A DNA stretch of 64,000 nucleotides from Clostridia bacterium (GCA_045578185.1 JAZNJS010000051.1:10697-74696), one strand, 5' to 3'. Counted from the first letter of the stretch, positions 1 to 10,186 are shown. Translations and numbers: made by a program. Notes: generated by a model from the sequence alone, not told the origin.

Positions 1-766
1 TAAGCATGAAATCGATAATGAAATCAATCTGTGCTTTATTTTCAATCAAAAACCTTTCAAATTCCTGTACGCCGTCACCCGAACTCATAAGGCGCAACAT
101 ATGCTTAGCCGTCGTGCCGTAGAGCTCCAAAAAGCTCTCATCTTCAAGCAGCAATAATCCTCTTCCTATTACACCTTGTGAAAAACTTGCCGCAAACTTA
201 AGCCGCTCCTCGCCATAATTTGTGTGCTCTTTAAAATAACGGTACGCCTCATCTTCGCTAAGCGGCAAAAAGGTAAACAACACAGACCTTGAGAGCACCG
301 TATCAAGCAGCATAGACGCTTTAGGAACTAAAATAATAAACACAGCATAAGACGGAGGCTCTTCTAAAACTTTCAAAAGTCCGTTTTGAGCCTCTTGGGT
401 GAGTGCTCCGCCCTCAGCTATAATAAAAATCTTTTTATCGGATAAAAGCGGTTTTACATAAACAGACTCCATAACCTGCTCACGCACATCTTCGATACCG
501 ATGGTCGCTTTATCCTTTTTCTTTCTAACGTAAATAATGTCAGGATGGTTTTTCGTGTCACATTTTATACACGCACCGCACTTACCGCACGGCAGTCCGT
601 CCCCTTCGCACAACAGTGCAGCCGCAAAGATATCTGCTGTGGTTTTTTTGCCGATGCCGTCCGCTCCTTCAAAGACATATGCATTAAGCGCACTGTCAGT
701 CCTGACCGTCCGCACCAGTCTTTCTTTTATGCGTTTGTTGCCGTAAATATCATCAAAACTCAGCAC
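1..766 (-). CDS. holB: DNA polymerase III delta-prime subunit (clamp loader); 3' end cut by the window edge
   Basis: My translation of the minus strand from GTG at 766 gives VLSFDDIYGNKRIKERLVRT..AYVFEGADGIGKKTTADIFAAALLCEG..CGKCGACIKC..FIIAEGGALTQEAQNGLLKVLEEPP..VLSRS. These are the P-loop-like, Zn-module and SRC-type motifs of HolB. It follows darA, as in other Firmicutes. It is absent from the ORF track because it has no stop inside the window. Confidence 0.8.
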   Translation of the reverse strand, partial: MLSFDDIYGNKRIKERLVRTVRTDSALNAYVFEGADGIGKKTTADIFAAALLCEGDGLPCGKCGACIKCDTKNHPDIIYVRKKKDKATIGIEDVREQVMESVYVKPLLSDKKIFIIAEGGALTQEAQNGLLKVLEEPPSYAVFIILVPKASMLLDTVLSRSVLFTFLPLSEDEAYRYFKEHTNYGEERLKFAASFSQGVIGRGLLLLEDESFLELYGTTAKHMLRLMSSGDGVQEFERFLIENKAQIDFIIDFML

Positions 767-772
767 TAAATC

Positions 773-1102
773 TTACACCTTCTCAAAGCGCTCTACATCT
801 ACAACAAAAATTGTAGCACCGCCTGTTTCAATCTCATCAGGATATGAGCTGTATTCAATGGCTCCACCGATATACGGTTCCGGAGTGAAGATAACATGTT
901 TTCTTTTCATACTGTGATTTGATATAACATCAACGACTGTCTGAACTTTCTCTTCTTCTGTTCCCACTAACAAAGTGGTGTTTCCCGCGCGGAGAAAGCC
1001 ACCGGTTGAAGCCATTTTAGTAACGGAAAAACCTGCTTTGTTAAGCTCGCGCATAACAATATTGCCATCCTCGTTGTTTACAACAGCAAATACCAGTTTC
1101 AT
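773..1102 (-). CDS. darA: PII-like cyclic-di-AMP receptor (YaaQ/DarA, DUF970)
   Basis: A 109-aa protein, MKLVFAVVNNEDG..KMASTGGFLRAGNTTLLVG, typical of the YaaQ family. ATG at 1102 lies 8 nt after GAGGAGG; the track start at 1108 is a TTG. It sits next to holB. Confidence 0.75.
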   Translation of the reverse strand: MKLVFAVVNNEDGNIVMRELNKAGFSVTKMASTGGFLRAGNTTLLVGTEEEKVQTVVDVISNHSMKRKHVIFTPEPYIGGAIEYSSYPDEIETGGATIFVVDVERFEKV

Positions 1103-1145
1103 AATCAAAACCTCCTCTAAGACTTACGGCATTTCTGCCACAACC

Positions 1146-2267
1146 TCAGTTCTTTCTGCCATTACATATGGTAATTAAAAAGTCTCCCATTTCCTTGGCG
1201 GAATCAGGCTTTGATGCAAATTTAATATTTTCCTTAAGCTGATTTAATTTATGCGGATAATTCATAAGCTGATAAATTGCCTCATCCACCGTAAATGTTT
1301 CGCTTATTGACATTGCAAGCCCATTGTTCAACATAAACTCTTTGTTTCGGTCTTCCTGCCCCGGAATTGGGTCAAGCAATATGATAGGAAGGCCCTTTGC
1401 CAAGGCCTCCGACGTTGACAGGCCGCCTGGTTTTGTTATGATGCAATCCGCCGCATCCATTAATAAATCAACATTATTGGTAAAACCATAATTGATTATC
1501 TTTTTATTGTTTTCCATATTGTCTATCTGACGCTTAAGCTTTTTGTTGTTTCCGCAGACTGTAATAAGCTGCAAATCATCTTCTAACGCATCAAGCCTTT
1601 TTATATTTTGCATAGTGTCTGTACCATAACCCATTGAACCCATCATTAAAAGCACAGTAAACTTATCCTCTATGCCAAGCTCCCGTCTTGCTACCTCTTT
1701 AGGGATACTCCTTGAAAATTTCGGTGATATAGGTATGCCGAAAGACTTTACCCTTTCCGGAGGAAAACCCTTTTTCATCGTCTGATAATCCAAAAGCTCC
1801 GTCGCAGTCACATAATAATCAACATCAACATCTTCCCAGTATGGATGCACCGTAAAGTCTGTTATTATCGCTACCATTTTTGCTTTTAAGGGATATTTGC
1901 TTCTTAAATAGCTTATTGCTATAGCCGAAAAAAGATGAGACGCTACGATTACGTCCGGCTTATAATCTTTAAGAACACGGAAAAGTTTTTTATTTAAAAT
2001 GGTTTTAACAACCTTGCTCATAAAGGATTCTTTTGAGTAGTCTCTTTTTTCTGCCATATCATAGAATTTGCCGTAAACCTTAGGCGTGACCTTTGTAGAT
2101 AATAGATACGCATCTGAAAGCCACTCTGCAAAAAGCGGCTGAACATTATCTACAACATCTATCGTCTTACACTCTACGCCGTCTATATCGGCGAAATAGT
2201 CCTCGAGGGCTCTGCACGCCTGATGATGGCCATGACCCGTGGGTACGGATAAAAACAAAACTCGCAT
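1146..2267 (-). CDS. Diacylglycerol glycosyltransferase, MGDG-synthase/UgtP-like (GT28 family)
   Basis: N-terminal LSVPTGHGHHQA motif and C-terminal ITKPGGLSTSEALAKGLP GT-B motif. ATG at 2267 is preceded by GGGAGG; the track start at 2321 is probably too far upstream. Confidence 0.7.
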   Translation of the reverse strand: MRVLFLSVPTGHGHHQACRALEDYFADIDGVECKTIDVVDNVQPLFAEWLSDAYLLSTKVTPKVYGKFYDMAEKRDYSKESFMSKVVKTILNKKLFRVLKDYKPDVIVASHLFSAIAISYLRSKYPLKAKMVAIITDFTVHPYWEDVDVDYYVTATELLDYQTMKKGFPPERVKSFGIPISPKFSRSIPKEVARRELGIEDKFTVLLMMGSMGYGTDTMQNIKRLDALEDDLQLITVCGNNKKLKRQIDNMENNKKIINYGFTNNVDLLMDAADCIITKPGGLSTSEALAKGLPIILLDPIPGQEDRNKEFMLNNGLAMSISETFTVDEAIYQLMNYPHKLNQLKENIKFASKPDSAKEMGDFLITICNGRKN

Positions 2268-2433
2268 AAACTTCCTCCCGGAATAAGACACGCTGACAAT
2301 ATATTCTTCATACAGATACAATGGTCCTATTTATATTTTATATCTTTTTACATAGATTGTAAAGCAAAAATTTTTTATTTATACATAATTATTTTATTTT
2401 TTACCCCAAATTCCGTTTTAAAATAGCCTTTCC

Positions 2434-2481
2434 TCAAAAATAAAAAATGATTTCCCAAGATAAATACTCAGGAAATCATTT
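2434..2481 (-). terminator. Rho-independent terminator after ybaB
   Basis: An 11-bp stem (aaatgatttcc / ggaaatcattt) is followed on the minus strand by a T-rich run. It lies just downstream of the ybaB stop. Confidence 0.7.
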
Positions 2482-2491
2482 TGGCTTTTAA

Positions 2492-2836
2492 TTAAAATAA
2501 TCCAGGCATACCAAAACCGCCTGTTAAACGGTTCATCCCCTCTTCTGTCATTTCGCTAACCTTTTTGCTTGCCTCATTTACAGCAGCCATAATAAGATCT
2601 TCTAGCATTTCTATATCATCAGGGTCAACAACCTCAGGCTTAATCTTAATTCCAACTATTTCTTTTGTGCCCTTCATTGTTACGGTTACTGCACCACCGC
2701 CGGCAGCAGTTTCAACAGTTTTTTCGTCGAGCTCTGCCTGCATGCGCTCCATTTCCTCCTGCATCTGTTTTGCCTGACGCAGCATAGTATTCATATTGTT
2801 GTTGCCTCCACCTGTAAATTTATTTCCGTTTGCCAT
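2492..2836 (-). CDS. ybaB: Nucleoid-associated protein YbaB/EbfC
   Basis: A 114-aa protein with the MQ(E/K)..MQAEL..V.G.AGGG.V.V...G motif. It lies immediately downstream of dnaX, which is the conserved pairing. GGAGG RBS present. Confidence 0.9.
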   Translation of the reverse strand: MANGNKFTGGGNNNMNTMLRQAKQMQEEMERMQAELDEKTVETAAGGGAVTVTMKGTKEIVGIKIKPEVVDPDDIEMLEDLIMAAVNEASKKVSEMTEEGMNRLTGGFGMPGLF

Positions 2837-2864
2837 TTTTATACCTCCGTAAAATTATATACTG

Positions 2865-4535
2865 TTAAATAATTTCAATTACATTGTGCGATTTCGCCAG
2901 TTCCTCAAGCTTTTTTAGGGGGTCCTCTTTAGTATCTGTTCCCACTTCTTTGCTTGAGTAACATCTTACCGCTATTTTTTCGCCCGTTACTGCCTCTACG
3001 GCTTTTTCTACGAGCTCAAGATTTCCCGGCTTTGAAATAACGCTTTTGCTCATAAGTCCCGTCTCATCAAAGACCAGACCTACCTCATTTCTTATATTTT
3101 GCACAGCCGCCTTTTTGAGATGTGAGAAAATCGGCATTCCACCATTTGTTTTGACGTATGATATTATCTCATCCCATTTTGCTATAGGTGTGAAATCATC
3201 GTTTTTCTCTGTGACTTCTTTCTTGGTTTGCTCTTTTGGGGCATCAGTCTCTGCACTACTTATATTTTCAAATTCATAAAACTCTGGCTTTTCCTCCGGC
3301 AGCGGTGGGGTTTCCTCCCACGGCGGAAGCACCTCTTCCTTTTCTTGCTTTACCCCAGGAGCAGATGCCTGCTTAATCGTAACGCCTTCTGCCAGCTTTT
3401 TTTCAAGGTCTGCTACGCGGTCTAAAAGCGCCTCATATGAGTTTTCTGTCATCGGGTCACACATCTTCACAAGTGCAAGCTCATAAATCGTGCGTGTAAA
3501 GCTCGACATTTTGGCAGAAGCAATGCTTTCATTTAAAAGCCCGAGGCTTCTTACAATCTTCTCTTTAGTTATTTTAGGCGCAAGCTCACGCATAGCGGTT
3601 ATCTTTTCGCTCGATGAATTTAAAATCTTTTGAGGCGTACCCATGAGCTTGACAATCATCAAATCTCGAAGAAAAGCAACAAATCTTTCTATGAAAACAC
3701 TCAGTTCTTTTCCCGCAAGTGATACCTCATCTAAAATAGCTAAAGCCGCCTCGCTGTTATTGTCTGCGATTGCCGCTGCCAGACGCATAAGCGCACCGTC
3801 ATCTGTTATGCCTATAATATTTATAATATCATCATATGTGATTTCTGTTTCCGAAAATCCGAGACACTGGTCTAATATGCTCAGCGAATCACGCATTGAG
3901 CCATCGCCCAGTTCTGCTACAAGGGCGAGCCCATCGTCCGTGACCTTTCGTCCGTCACCTGCTAAAATCGTCTTAAGTCTTGCGACAATATCATTATTTG
4001 TAATTCTTCTAAAGTCAAATCTCTGACATCTTGACAAAACAGTTGCAGGTACTTTGTTAAGCTCCGTCGTAGCAAGAATAAATAAAACGTGCTCCGGCGG
4101 CTCCTCAAGCGTTTTGAGTAGTGCATTAAACGCCTGTGTAGTGACCATATGCACCTCGTCAATTATATATACCTTTTTGCGTGCGACAGACGGCAAAAAC
4201 ATAACATCATCAATAATGTCACGAATGTTTTCAACCTTGTTTCTTGATGCACCGTCAAGCTCAACAACATCAACTATAGTTTCGTCTAAAATTCCGCGGC
4301 ACACATCGCACTCATTACAGGGGTTGCCGTCTTTGGGATTTAAGCAGTTAACCGCTCTTGCAAGAATTTTGGCGGTAGAGGTTTTTCCCGTTCCGCGAGT
4401 TCCGCAAAACAGGTATGCATGCGCCAGCTTTCCGTTTACTATTTCATTTTTCAAGGTTTTAGTAATATGCTCCTGACCGACAACATCATCAAAAGTCAGC
4501 GGTCTCCACTTTCTGTAAAGAGCCTGATAAGCCAT
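2865..4535 (-). CDS. dnaX: DNA polymerase III gamma/tau subunit
   Basis: N-terminus reads YRKWRP..F.DVVGQEHI..L.N.I..GKLAHAYLFCGTRGTGKTS, followed by a CxxCxxC Zn module and the LKTLEEPP and SRCQRF motifs. Confidence 0.95.
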   Translation of the reverse strand: MAYQALYRKWRPLTFDDVVGQEHITKTLKNEIVNGKLAHAYLFCGTRGTGKTSTAKILARAVNCLNPKDGNPCNECDVCRGILDETIVDVVELDGASRNKVENIRDIIDDVMFLPSVARKKVYIIDEVHMVTTQAFNALLKTLEEPPEHVLFILATTELNKVPATVLSRCQRFDFRRITNNDIVARLKTILAGDGRKVTDDGLALVAELGDGSMRDSLSILDQCLGFSETEITYDDIINIIGITDDGALMRLAAAIADNNSEAALAILDEVSLAGKELSVFIERFVAFLRDLMIVKLMGTPQKILNSSSEKITAMRELAPKITKEKIVRSLGLLNESIASAKMSSFTRTIYELALVKMCDPMTENSYEALLDRVADLEKKLAEGVTIKQASAPGVKQEKEEVLPPWEETPPLPEEKPEFYEFENISSAETDAPKEQTKKEVTEKNDDFTPIAKWDEIISYVKTNGGMPIFSHLKKAAVQNIRNEVGLVFDETGLMSKSVISKPGNLELVEKAVEAVTGEKIAVRCYSSKEVGTDTKEDPLKKLEELAKSHNVIEII

Positions 4536-4568
4536 GATGCACCCCCCTAATTAAAATCTTTATATAAT

Positions 4569-4593
4569 AAAAAAAGCTGTACAAATATACAGC
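4569..4593 (-). terminator. Terminator of the SRP RNA gene
   Basis: Minus-strand GCTGTA-TATT-TGTACAGC hairpin followed by seven T. Confidence 0.75.
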
Positions 4594-4597
4594 CATA

Positions 4598-4722
4598 TTG
4601 TTTCACGCCGGGAGAACCTGCATCACACTCAAGATTCCGCTTATCGCTGCTTGGTTCCCCACCTGACGAGGTTCACGGGCTCAAGTTGCGCAGGACCCGG
4701 CAGACAGTACCGAAGTACCGAA
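4598..4722 (-). ncRNA. ffs: Signal recognition particle RNA (small 4.5S-like form)
   Basis: The minus strand contains GUCAGGUGG-GGAA-CCAAGCAGC, which is the domain IV GNRA tetraloop plus the conserved AGCAGC. A long closing helix (GCCGGGUCCUGC / GCAGGUUCUCCCGGC) encloses it. It has its own promoter and terminator and sits directly upstream of dnaX, as in Bacillus. The exact ends are approximate. Confidence 0.8.
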
Positions 4723-4729
4723 CGCATCT

Positions 4730-4758
4730 ATTATAGCATAAGCTCCAAAAACTTTCAA
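4730..4758 (-). promoter_or_regulatory. Sigma-A type promoter for ffs
   Basis: On the minus strand, TTGAAA (4753-4758), a 17-nt spacer, then TATAAT (4730-4735). Confidence 0.7.
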
Positions 4759-4788
4759 CTGTTTTTTACGAAATCAACCCAAATTTTA

Positions 4789-4817
4789 TTGACAAGCTTC
4801 GCACCTGTAGTTAAAAT
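4789..4817 (+). promoter_or_regulatory. Sigma-A type promoter for ybaK
   Basis: TTGACA (4789-4794), a 17-nt spacer, then TAAAAT (4812-4817), about 20 nt before the ybaK RBS. Confidence 0.7.
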
Positions 4818-4838
4818 AAGAAGACAGAGGTGATAAAT

Positions 4839-5318
4839 ATGGCTAATATCAAAACCAACGCTATGCGAATCATAGAAAAAGAAAACATTCCGTATAATTC
4901 TTATACATACACAGCAGAAGACGGCGCATTAGATGGCATCACAGTAGCCGGAAAAATCGGCAAAGACGAAGCTAAGGTATATAAAACGCTCGTTACCAAA
5001 GGAACCGGAAGAGATTATTATGTTTTTGTTATTCCCGTAGCAAAGGAACTTGATTTAAAAGCCTGCGCGCGATGCGTCGGAGAAAAGTCAGTGGAAATGA
5101 TAAAAGTCAGTGAAATAAATAAGGTCACGGGTTATATTCGCGGCGGTTGCTCTCCCATTGGTATGAAAAAAGAGTATAAGACTGTAATTGACTCATCCTG
5201 TCTTGGTCTTGATACCATGATTTTTTCAGGTGGCAAAATAGGCTTTCAGGTCGAGATGGCGCCCTCTGCCTTGATTAATCTCATCGGCGCTGATACTGCA
5301 GAAATTACTGCAAAATAA
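4839..5318 (+). CDS. ybaK: Cys-tRNA(Pro)/Cys-tRNA(Cys) deacylase YbaK
   Basis: YKTLV..., LDLK..A...G.K.VEM, TGY..GG.SP.G.KK and SGG..G motifs align with E. coli YbaK as I recall it. ATG at 4839 lies 8 nt after GAGG. Confidence 0.85.
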   Translation: MANIKTNAMRIIEKENIPYNSYTYTAEDGALDGITVAGKIGKDEAKVYKTLVTKGTGRDYYVFVIPVAKELDLKACARCVGEKSVEMIKVSEINKVTGYIRGGCSPIGMKKEYKTVIDSSCLGLDTMIFSGGKIGFQVEMAPSALINLIGADTAEITAK

Positions 5319-5321
5319 ATT

Positions 5322-5359
5322 AAAGAAAGTGGCTGTGATATTTCACAGCCACTTTCTTT
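5322..5359. terminator. Bidirectional terminator between convergent genes
   Basis: A perfect 17-bp stem (aaagaaagtggctgtga / tcacagccactttcttt) with a 4-nt loop, flanked by A and T runs. Confidence 0.85.
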
Positions 5360-7412
5360 ATCTGTTTAAATAATTGTAAATTATTATAAGTGCATCGCCA
5401 CGTTTTAAATTTGTCTGTGCAGAAAATGTATCAGTCTGCGAATACACAAGCTCAAGGCCCGCAGCCAGCGCGCCGTAGCCTTTGTCGCTTTCTGCCACAT
5501 CGGCAAACGGACAGTTAAATATTCCGGGAATTGCCGCAAATTCAGCATATCCTAATGCATTAAGAAGATACTTGATACCGCCAATGCGTGTTATAGGAGC
5601 ATCGGGGTTTATATCGTCTTTACTCAAAACGCCCTGTCTTATCATATAATTGTAAAAATCTTCATCCGTTTTTGCAAAACTACGATTTAGCACAGCGCGA
5701 GCAATAAGTTTAAGATAATCTTTTTGAAGCACAGCATCGTCCGCTCTTAACATATTCTCATCATAACAAATGTCCATTAAAAGCAGTTTCTGCGCTGCAT
5801 CTTCAGCATAGTGACCGGAAAGGTCATTATACTCAAATTTCCCTTTTTCCTTAATCGGTTCAAGTGACCAGTCAAGCTTTTCAAGCGTTTCGGCGCCAAG
5901 TATCATATTATCTTTGGTCGCATACACAAGCGCCGCCTTATTTTCTTTAGTCTCGCTGTCATATACCTTTAAATATCCCAAACAAAAATTATCTTCAGCC
6001 AAAACCTTATCATATACCGCACTAAGATTTGCTACTGATTTATGGTCAGGAAATTCCGCGTCAGTATAATTTAAATTAAACGAGCTTATTTCTCCCCGCT
6101 TGGTATCTATATAGACGCTCGCACCGTTATTATAAACTCTTACTCCGTCATAAACAAGCTGATACTCCGCTCTGTCTGTTTCATCGTTAAAGCGGTTTTT
6201 CGGCTGCATTTTTGCAAACTTTTCTTTATAGTATTTACCCAGAAACGCTTCAGCTTTTTTCTTCGTTTCCTCTGCGGTTAATGGCTTTTTAGCATTGTAA
6301 TTTTCATCCTGACCCGAATAGCCGTTAAATGCAACCACTTCGCCACTCATAGCATCAATCGAAACGTTACGATAGCCGTATTTTGAGCCATTGGATTCAA
6401 GTCTTAAATTGATTTGTCCTATGTATTTTCCCGAAGCGTTTTTATAAATATTAAAACTTGCAGCTTCATAGTCTTTGGTTATATTAAACTCTGATATACT
6501 GCGTGCAATTGCTTCCGCCTTATCTTTTGAGAGCATCTTGGCAATCTTATCAACCATCTCCTGCTCTTCTTTTGACAGTTTTATTTCTGCGCCGCTTGAG
6601 TTTGTCGCAGAGTCTTTCATTTCTTCTCGGAAATTGCCGCCGACTTCGTCGGAAATCATTTCATAATCAACAGCTTCCCCGCTTATTGCATCAACATAGA
6701 GAGTTTCGTCATATTTTGGGCGATACACGAGTTTTACGGTGTCGGCATAATCTTTGCTTACCACCTGATAAAACAACACATATCCAATCTTTTCCTGGTA
6801 TGCCTTGCGGGCATCAGCAAGCGAAATTGCCTCACCCTCATTAAAAATGAGCGCTTCATTCCAGTTCGCGTAGTAGCTCAAAAGTTTGAGATTATCCGCA
6901 TCCACGATGATTGATACGCTCTCACCGAAAACGGGGATGCCATCCTTTGCTCTTTGAGCGGTATATGTATAGGTATTATCGTAAGAATTATACGATACTT
7001 TCTCGTTTATAACCTGATTGTGCTTATCAGAATCAACAACGACAAAATGCTCTTTCGCCGCACGCATAGCAACTTCCTTTATATGTGCAGGATATTTCAT
7101 CTGACCGTATTTTTTTGTGCCGTCGTAGAAATTATAATTATATATAGTTTTATTTTCTCCAACCTCGACATTTATCGAAGAAGACTTCGTTTCGTCCTTA
7201 CTTTCCCAGTTTAAATAGTATCTCGTGCCGTTTTTGCTCTCGCTGTGATTATAGTTTTTAAAAACAAATTCGTCATCGGAAATCGCAAGTTTTTCTTTTA
7301 CAAAAACAATCAGTTTGGCTGCGTTTTCACTGTTTACAGTATCTGCAAACGCACTAAACCCCATTGTAAAAACTAAAGATGCCGCTAATAAAATACTTAT
7401 AAATCTTTTCAT
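5358..7412 (-). CDS. Secreted cell-wall protein with PepSY-like repeats and C-terminal SLH-like domains
   Basis: Signal peptide MKRFISILLAASLVFTMGFSAFA. Repeated D(A/T)xSGE(A/V)V endings typical of PepSY-type modules. The C-terminal part has F.D....Y...A and similar SLH-like segments. GGGGAGGG RBS. Function unknown. Confidence 0.55.
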   Translation of the reverse strand: MKRFISILLAASLVFTMGFSAFADTVNSENAAKLIVFVKEKLAISDDEFVFKNYNHSESKNGTRYYLNWESKDETKSSSINVEVGENKTIYNYNFYDGTKKYGQMKYPAHIKEVAMRAAKEHFVVVDSDKHNQVINEKVSYNSYDNTYTYTAQRAKDGIPVFGESVSIIVDADNLKLLSYYANWNEALIFNEGEAISLADARKAYQEKIGYVLFYQVVSKDYADTVKLVYRPKYDETLYVDAISGEAVDYEMISDEVGGNFREEMKDSATNSSGAEIKLSKEEQEMVDKIAKMLSKDKAEAIARSISEFNITKDYEAASFNIYKNASGKYIGQINLRLESNGSKYGYRNVSIDAMSGEVVAFNGYSGQDENYNAKKPLTAEETKKKAEAFLGKYYKEKFAKMQPKNRFNDETDRAEYQLVYDGVRVYNNGASVYIDTKRGEISSFNLNYTDAEFPDHKSVANLSAVYDKVLAEDNFCLGYLKVYDSETKENKAALVYATKDNMILGAETLEKLDWSLEPIKEKGKFEYNDLSGHYAEDAAQKLLLMDICYDENMLRADDAVLQKDYLKLIARAVLNRSFAKTDEDFYNYMIRQGVLSKDDINPDAPITRIGGIKYLLNALGYAEFAAIPGIFNCPFADVAESDKGYGALAAGLELVYSQTDTFSAQTNLKRGDALIIIYNYLNR

Positions 7413-7476
7413 GAGATACCCTCCCCGTTTAAAGTTAAGTTACTTTATTGACGCGCTACAAAGGCAAATTGTTCCA

Positions 7477-8301
7477 TCATTTAAAAGATATTTTTCCGTC
7501 ATCAAGGTCTTTTATTATTTTTGCTATTGCGTGCTCTTCATTGCTGACGGTAATATAATCTGCCGCCTCTTTTGCCAAAGGACTTGCATTTGCTACGGCA
7601 AAGCCTATTGCCGCACTTTTTAACAAATCTGCATCGTTATCGTGGTCACCCACACCGATAATTTTTCCCTTGTCAATTCCGATAAGCTCAGCAATTCTCA
7701 AAAGTACCGTGCCCTTGTTTTCGCCCTTGGGCAATATTTCATAGTATTCTTCGCCCGAGCGGATAAAATCAAATTCCGATGCTTTAGGATGTGCATCCAA
7801 AATCTCTTTAACCTTTAAAATATTCTCTTCGCTGTCTTCCGAAAAAAGAATCTTCGCTATCGGCTCATTAAATCCGTGATAGTCACAGGCAACCATCCCA
7901 ACGCCCGTCTGTTCACGAAACCTTTTAAGAGCACCGCTGTCTTTACAAAAATATAATTTTTCGGGAGTATTGAGCTGAATTCCCATTGTCGGAACTTTTT
8001 CATCAATCTCTTCTATCATATCAACAACGGAGTTAGAAATTGTGGCATACCATATAAGTTTTTCTGCCTTGTGGTCGAAAATTCCGCCGCCGTTAATGCA
8101 TCCGAACGGCGCATTAACATCAAGCATCTTATACACAGGACGTGCCGCCAAAGGCATACGTCCGGTAATGAAGGTGAAAATACCGCCCTCTGACTTAAAA
8201 TACTCTATTGCCTCCACGTTTTCTTTTGAAATGCTTTTATCATTTTTAAGCAAAGTACCGTCTAGGTCTGTGCCTATCATAATTCCCTCAAATTTTTTCA
8301 T
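7477..8301 (-). CDS. Cof-type HAD-IIB phosphatase
   Basis: DLDGTLL motif I, FTFITGR motif II and GVGDHDNDADLL motif IV. ATG at 8301 (MKKFEG) avoids overlap with the upstream gene. Confidence 0.85.
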   Translation of the reverse strand: MKKFEGIMIGTDLDGTLLKNDKSISKENVEAIEYFKSEGGIFTFITGRMPLAARPVYKMLDVNAPFGCINGGGIFDHKAEKLIWYATISNSVVDMIEEIDEKVPTMGIQLNTPEKLYFCKDSGALKRFREQTGVGMVACDYHGFNEPIAKILFSEDSEENILKVKEILDAHPKASEFDFIRSGEEYYEILPKGENKGTVLLRIAELIGIDKGKIIGVGDHDNDADLLKSAAIGFAVANASPLAKEAADYITVSNEEHAIAKIIKDLDDGKISFK

Positions 8302-8332
8302 AATATGCGCTCTTCTCCCTGCAAATTTTTTA

Positions 8333-10186
8333 CTATCTTTTTTTATAATAATCTCCCAAAACAACTGCATCGTTGATTTGGCTCATTTCCTTAACCTTTT
8401 GATTTTGTTTTTCGATATAAATTATATCATCAGGCGCAGTTTCATCTTCAGACGGCACATAGTGTGTTTTTCCGTCCATCCACGCACCAGTTTCAAAATA
8501 TACAAATCCGTCATTTTGAGGATTTAGTATATCACTGCCGATATATCTTCCTTCATTTGAAAGCCCGAAAAGATTTACTATGGTAGGCGCCCAGTCTATT
8601 GTCATCATCGGCTTCGATACCTTAGAGGGCCTTAAGCCTTTATAATAGATAAATGCCGGAACGGTGTACGATAGTGTATCGCCTTTCCAGTCTTCCAGAA
8701 GCTTCTTATCTGATACGCCGTACGCAAAGTGATCTGTGTAGCCGATAATCACCGTGTCGTCTAAAAGTCCATCCGCCTCAAGTCTTTCTAAAAGCTGTCT
8801 GAAAAATTCGTCCGTATCTTTAGCAAGAATCTGTATGTTATTTTTTTCTTCTTCTATCTGGTCATTTAAATAGTCAGGATAATACTCCTTTGCCAAATCA
8901 AGCTTAGCGCTTTCCCCCTTATACGGAAGATGCGCAGAATAAGTTATAACGAAGTTATAAAACGGAGTTTTCTCCGTCATCTTCTGATAAAGCTCATCGC
9001 TTTTTAACATATTACTGTCAAGCTCCGCCTGGGCTCCCGTTATACCAAAATCCGAAACTGAGTTATATCTTTCATAACCAAAGCTTTTGTGCATGATTCC
9101 CCGGTTGTAAAACTCGGAATCGTTAAAGTGGAACGAATTTGTCGCATAACCCGCCTCTTTAAAAAGATTGGCAATCGAATACGGGAAAGTATTTTTGCTG
9201 AAATTCGATGCACTTACAGCTGAAACCGGCGTGAAAAATCCGGTGTTGAACGCAAACTCCGAGCTGAACGTAAAGCCTGCACCAAAAAATGGAGCGTTGT
9301 AGTTAGTAAAATTAATTCCGTTTTTAAGCATTTTATTAAGCGTGGGCGTATGTTTTGCATCAATCATCCATGTATCAATGCTCTCCATCATGACGGCGAT
9401 TACATTCTTGCCCTTAAAAAGTCCCGAATATTTATTTTTAGCAGGTTCGCCCTTTAAGGCAAAATATTCATTTACCTTGGTGAAAACCTCTTCATCATAG
9501 TCATCATTCGGAAATATGCAGGTATAAAGATTACGGTATGTGAACTGATAAAGCCCGCAGGTTTCAAAACTCTTATTTATATCATTAAAGTTTTTATATA
9601 CCACTCTCGGCTTACGCCAGGTATCCCAACCATCCATAGAATCATTATGAAGCTCGGGCTGCATACATATATGAGTAACGACCAGTAATAATATCGGCGC
9701 AATCAAAATCAAAAAGCTTTTTTTTGTTTTGGCTTGCGGCACTCTCCAAAGTATCAAGGATACAATTAAAGATATAAGTGCTATGGCCGTATAGACTATA
9801 AGTCTTGCGTCGATAAGTTTTGCTGCGCTTGAAATATAGTCTGCTCCCTCGCCTGCCAAAACGATACTCTGAAGCCAGAAAAATTGGTCAAAGATTTTAT
9901 AATATACATATTCAGCGAAGGATAAAAACATATAGAGCAGCGAAAGCACAGAAAAAATAATTTTTCCTGCTCTTTTCGGCAAAATATACACACATAAAAA
10001 AATTATAATAAGTATCCAGCCCAATGTAAAAAGAGTTGATGCAAATTTAACATAACCTTGTGTAAACACACCCGGGTCAACAAGAGTATTAAGCACCGCA
10101 TCAGGCAAAATGAGTGATAAAGCGCAAAACAAAATAAAATAGTATTTTTTTATAAAACTAAACGCATCTTTAAATATTTTAGTCAA
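8333..10186 (-). CDS. LTA synthase family protein (membrane-anchored sulfatase-fold phosphoglycerol transferase)
   Basis: About five N-terminal TM helices followed by a sulfatase/alkaline-phosphatase-like domain (VIAVMMESIDTW, TDHF..G). TTG start after GGAGG. Confidence 0.75.
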   Translation of the reverse strand: MTKIFKDAFSFIKKYYFILFCALSLILPDAVLNTLVDPGVFTQGYVKFASTLFTLGWILIIIFLCVYILPKRAGKIIFSVLSLLYMFLSFAEYVYYKIFDQFFWLQSIVLAGEGADYISSAAKLIDARLIVYTAIALISLIVSLILWRVPQAKTKKSFLILIAPILLLVVTHICMQPELHNDSMDGWDTWRKPRVVYKNFNDINKSFETCGLYQFTYRNLYTCIFPNDDYDEEVFTKVNEYFALKGEPAKNKYSGLFKGKNVIAVMMESIDTWMIDAKHTPTLNKMLKNGINFTNYNAPFFGAGFTFSSEFAFNTGFFTPVSAVSASNFSKNTFPYSIANLFKEAGYATNSFHFNDSEFYNRGIMHKSFGYERYNSVSDFGITGAQAELDSNMLKSDELYQKMTEKTPFYNFVITYSAHLPYKGESAKLDLAKEYYPDYLNDQIEEEKNNIQILAKDTDEFFRQLLERLEADGLLDDTVIIGYTDHFAYGVSDKKLLEDWKGDTLSYTVPAFIYYKGLRPSKVSKPMMTIDWAPTIVNLFGLSNEGRYIGSDILNPQNDGFVYFETGAWMDGKTHYVPSEDETAPDDIIYIEKQNQKVKEMSQINDAVVLGDYYKKR

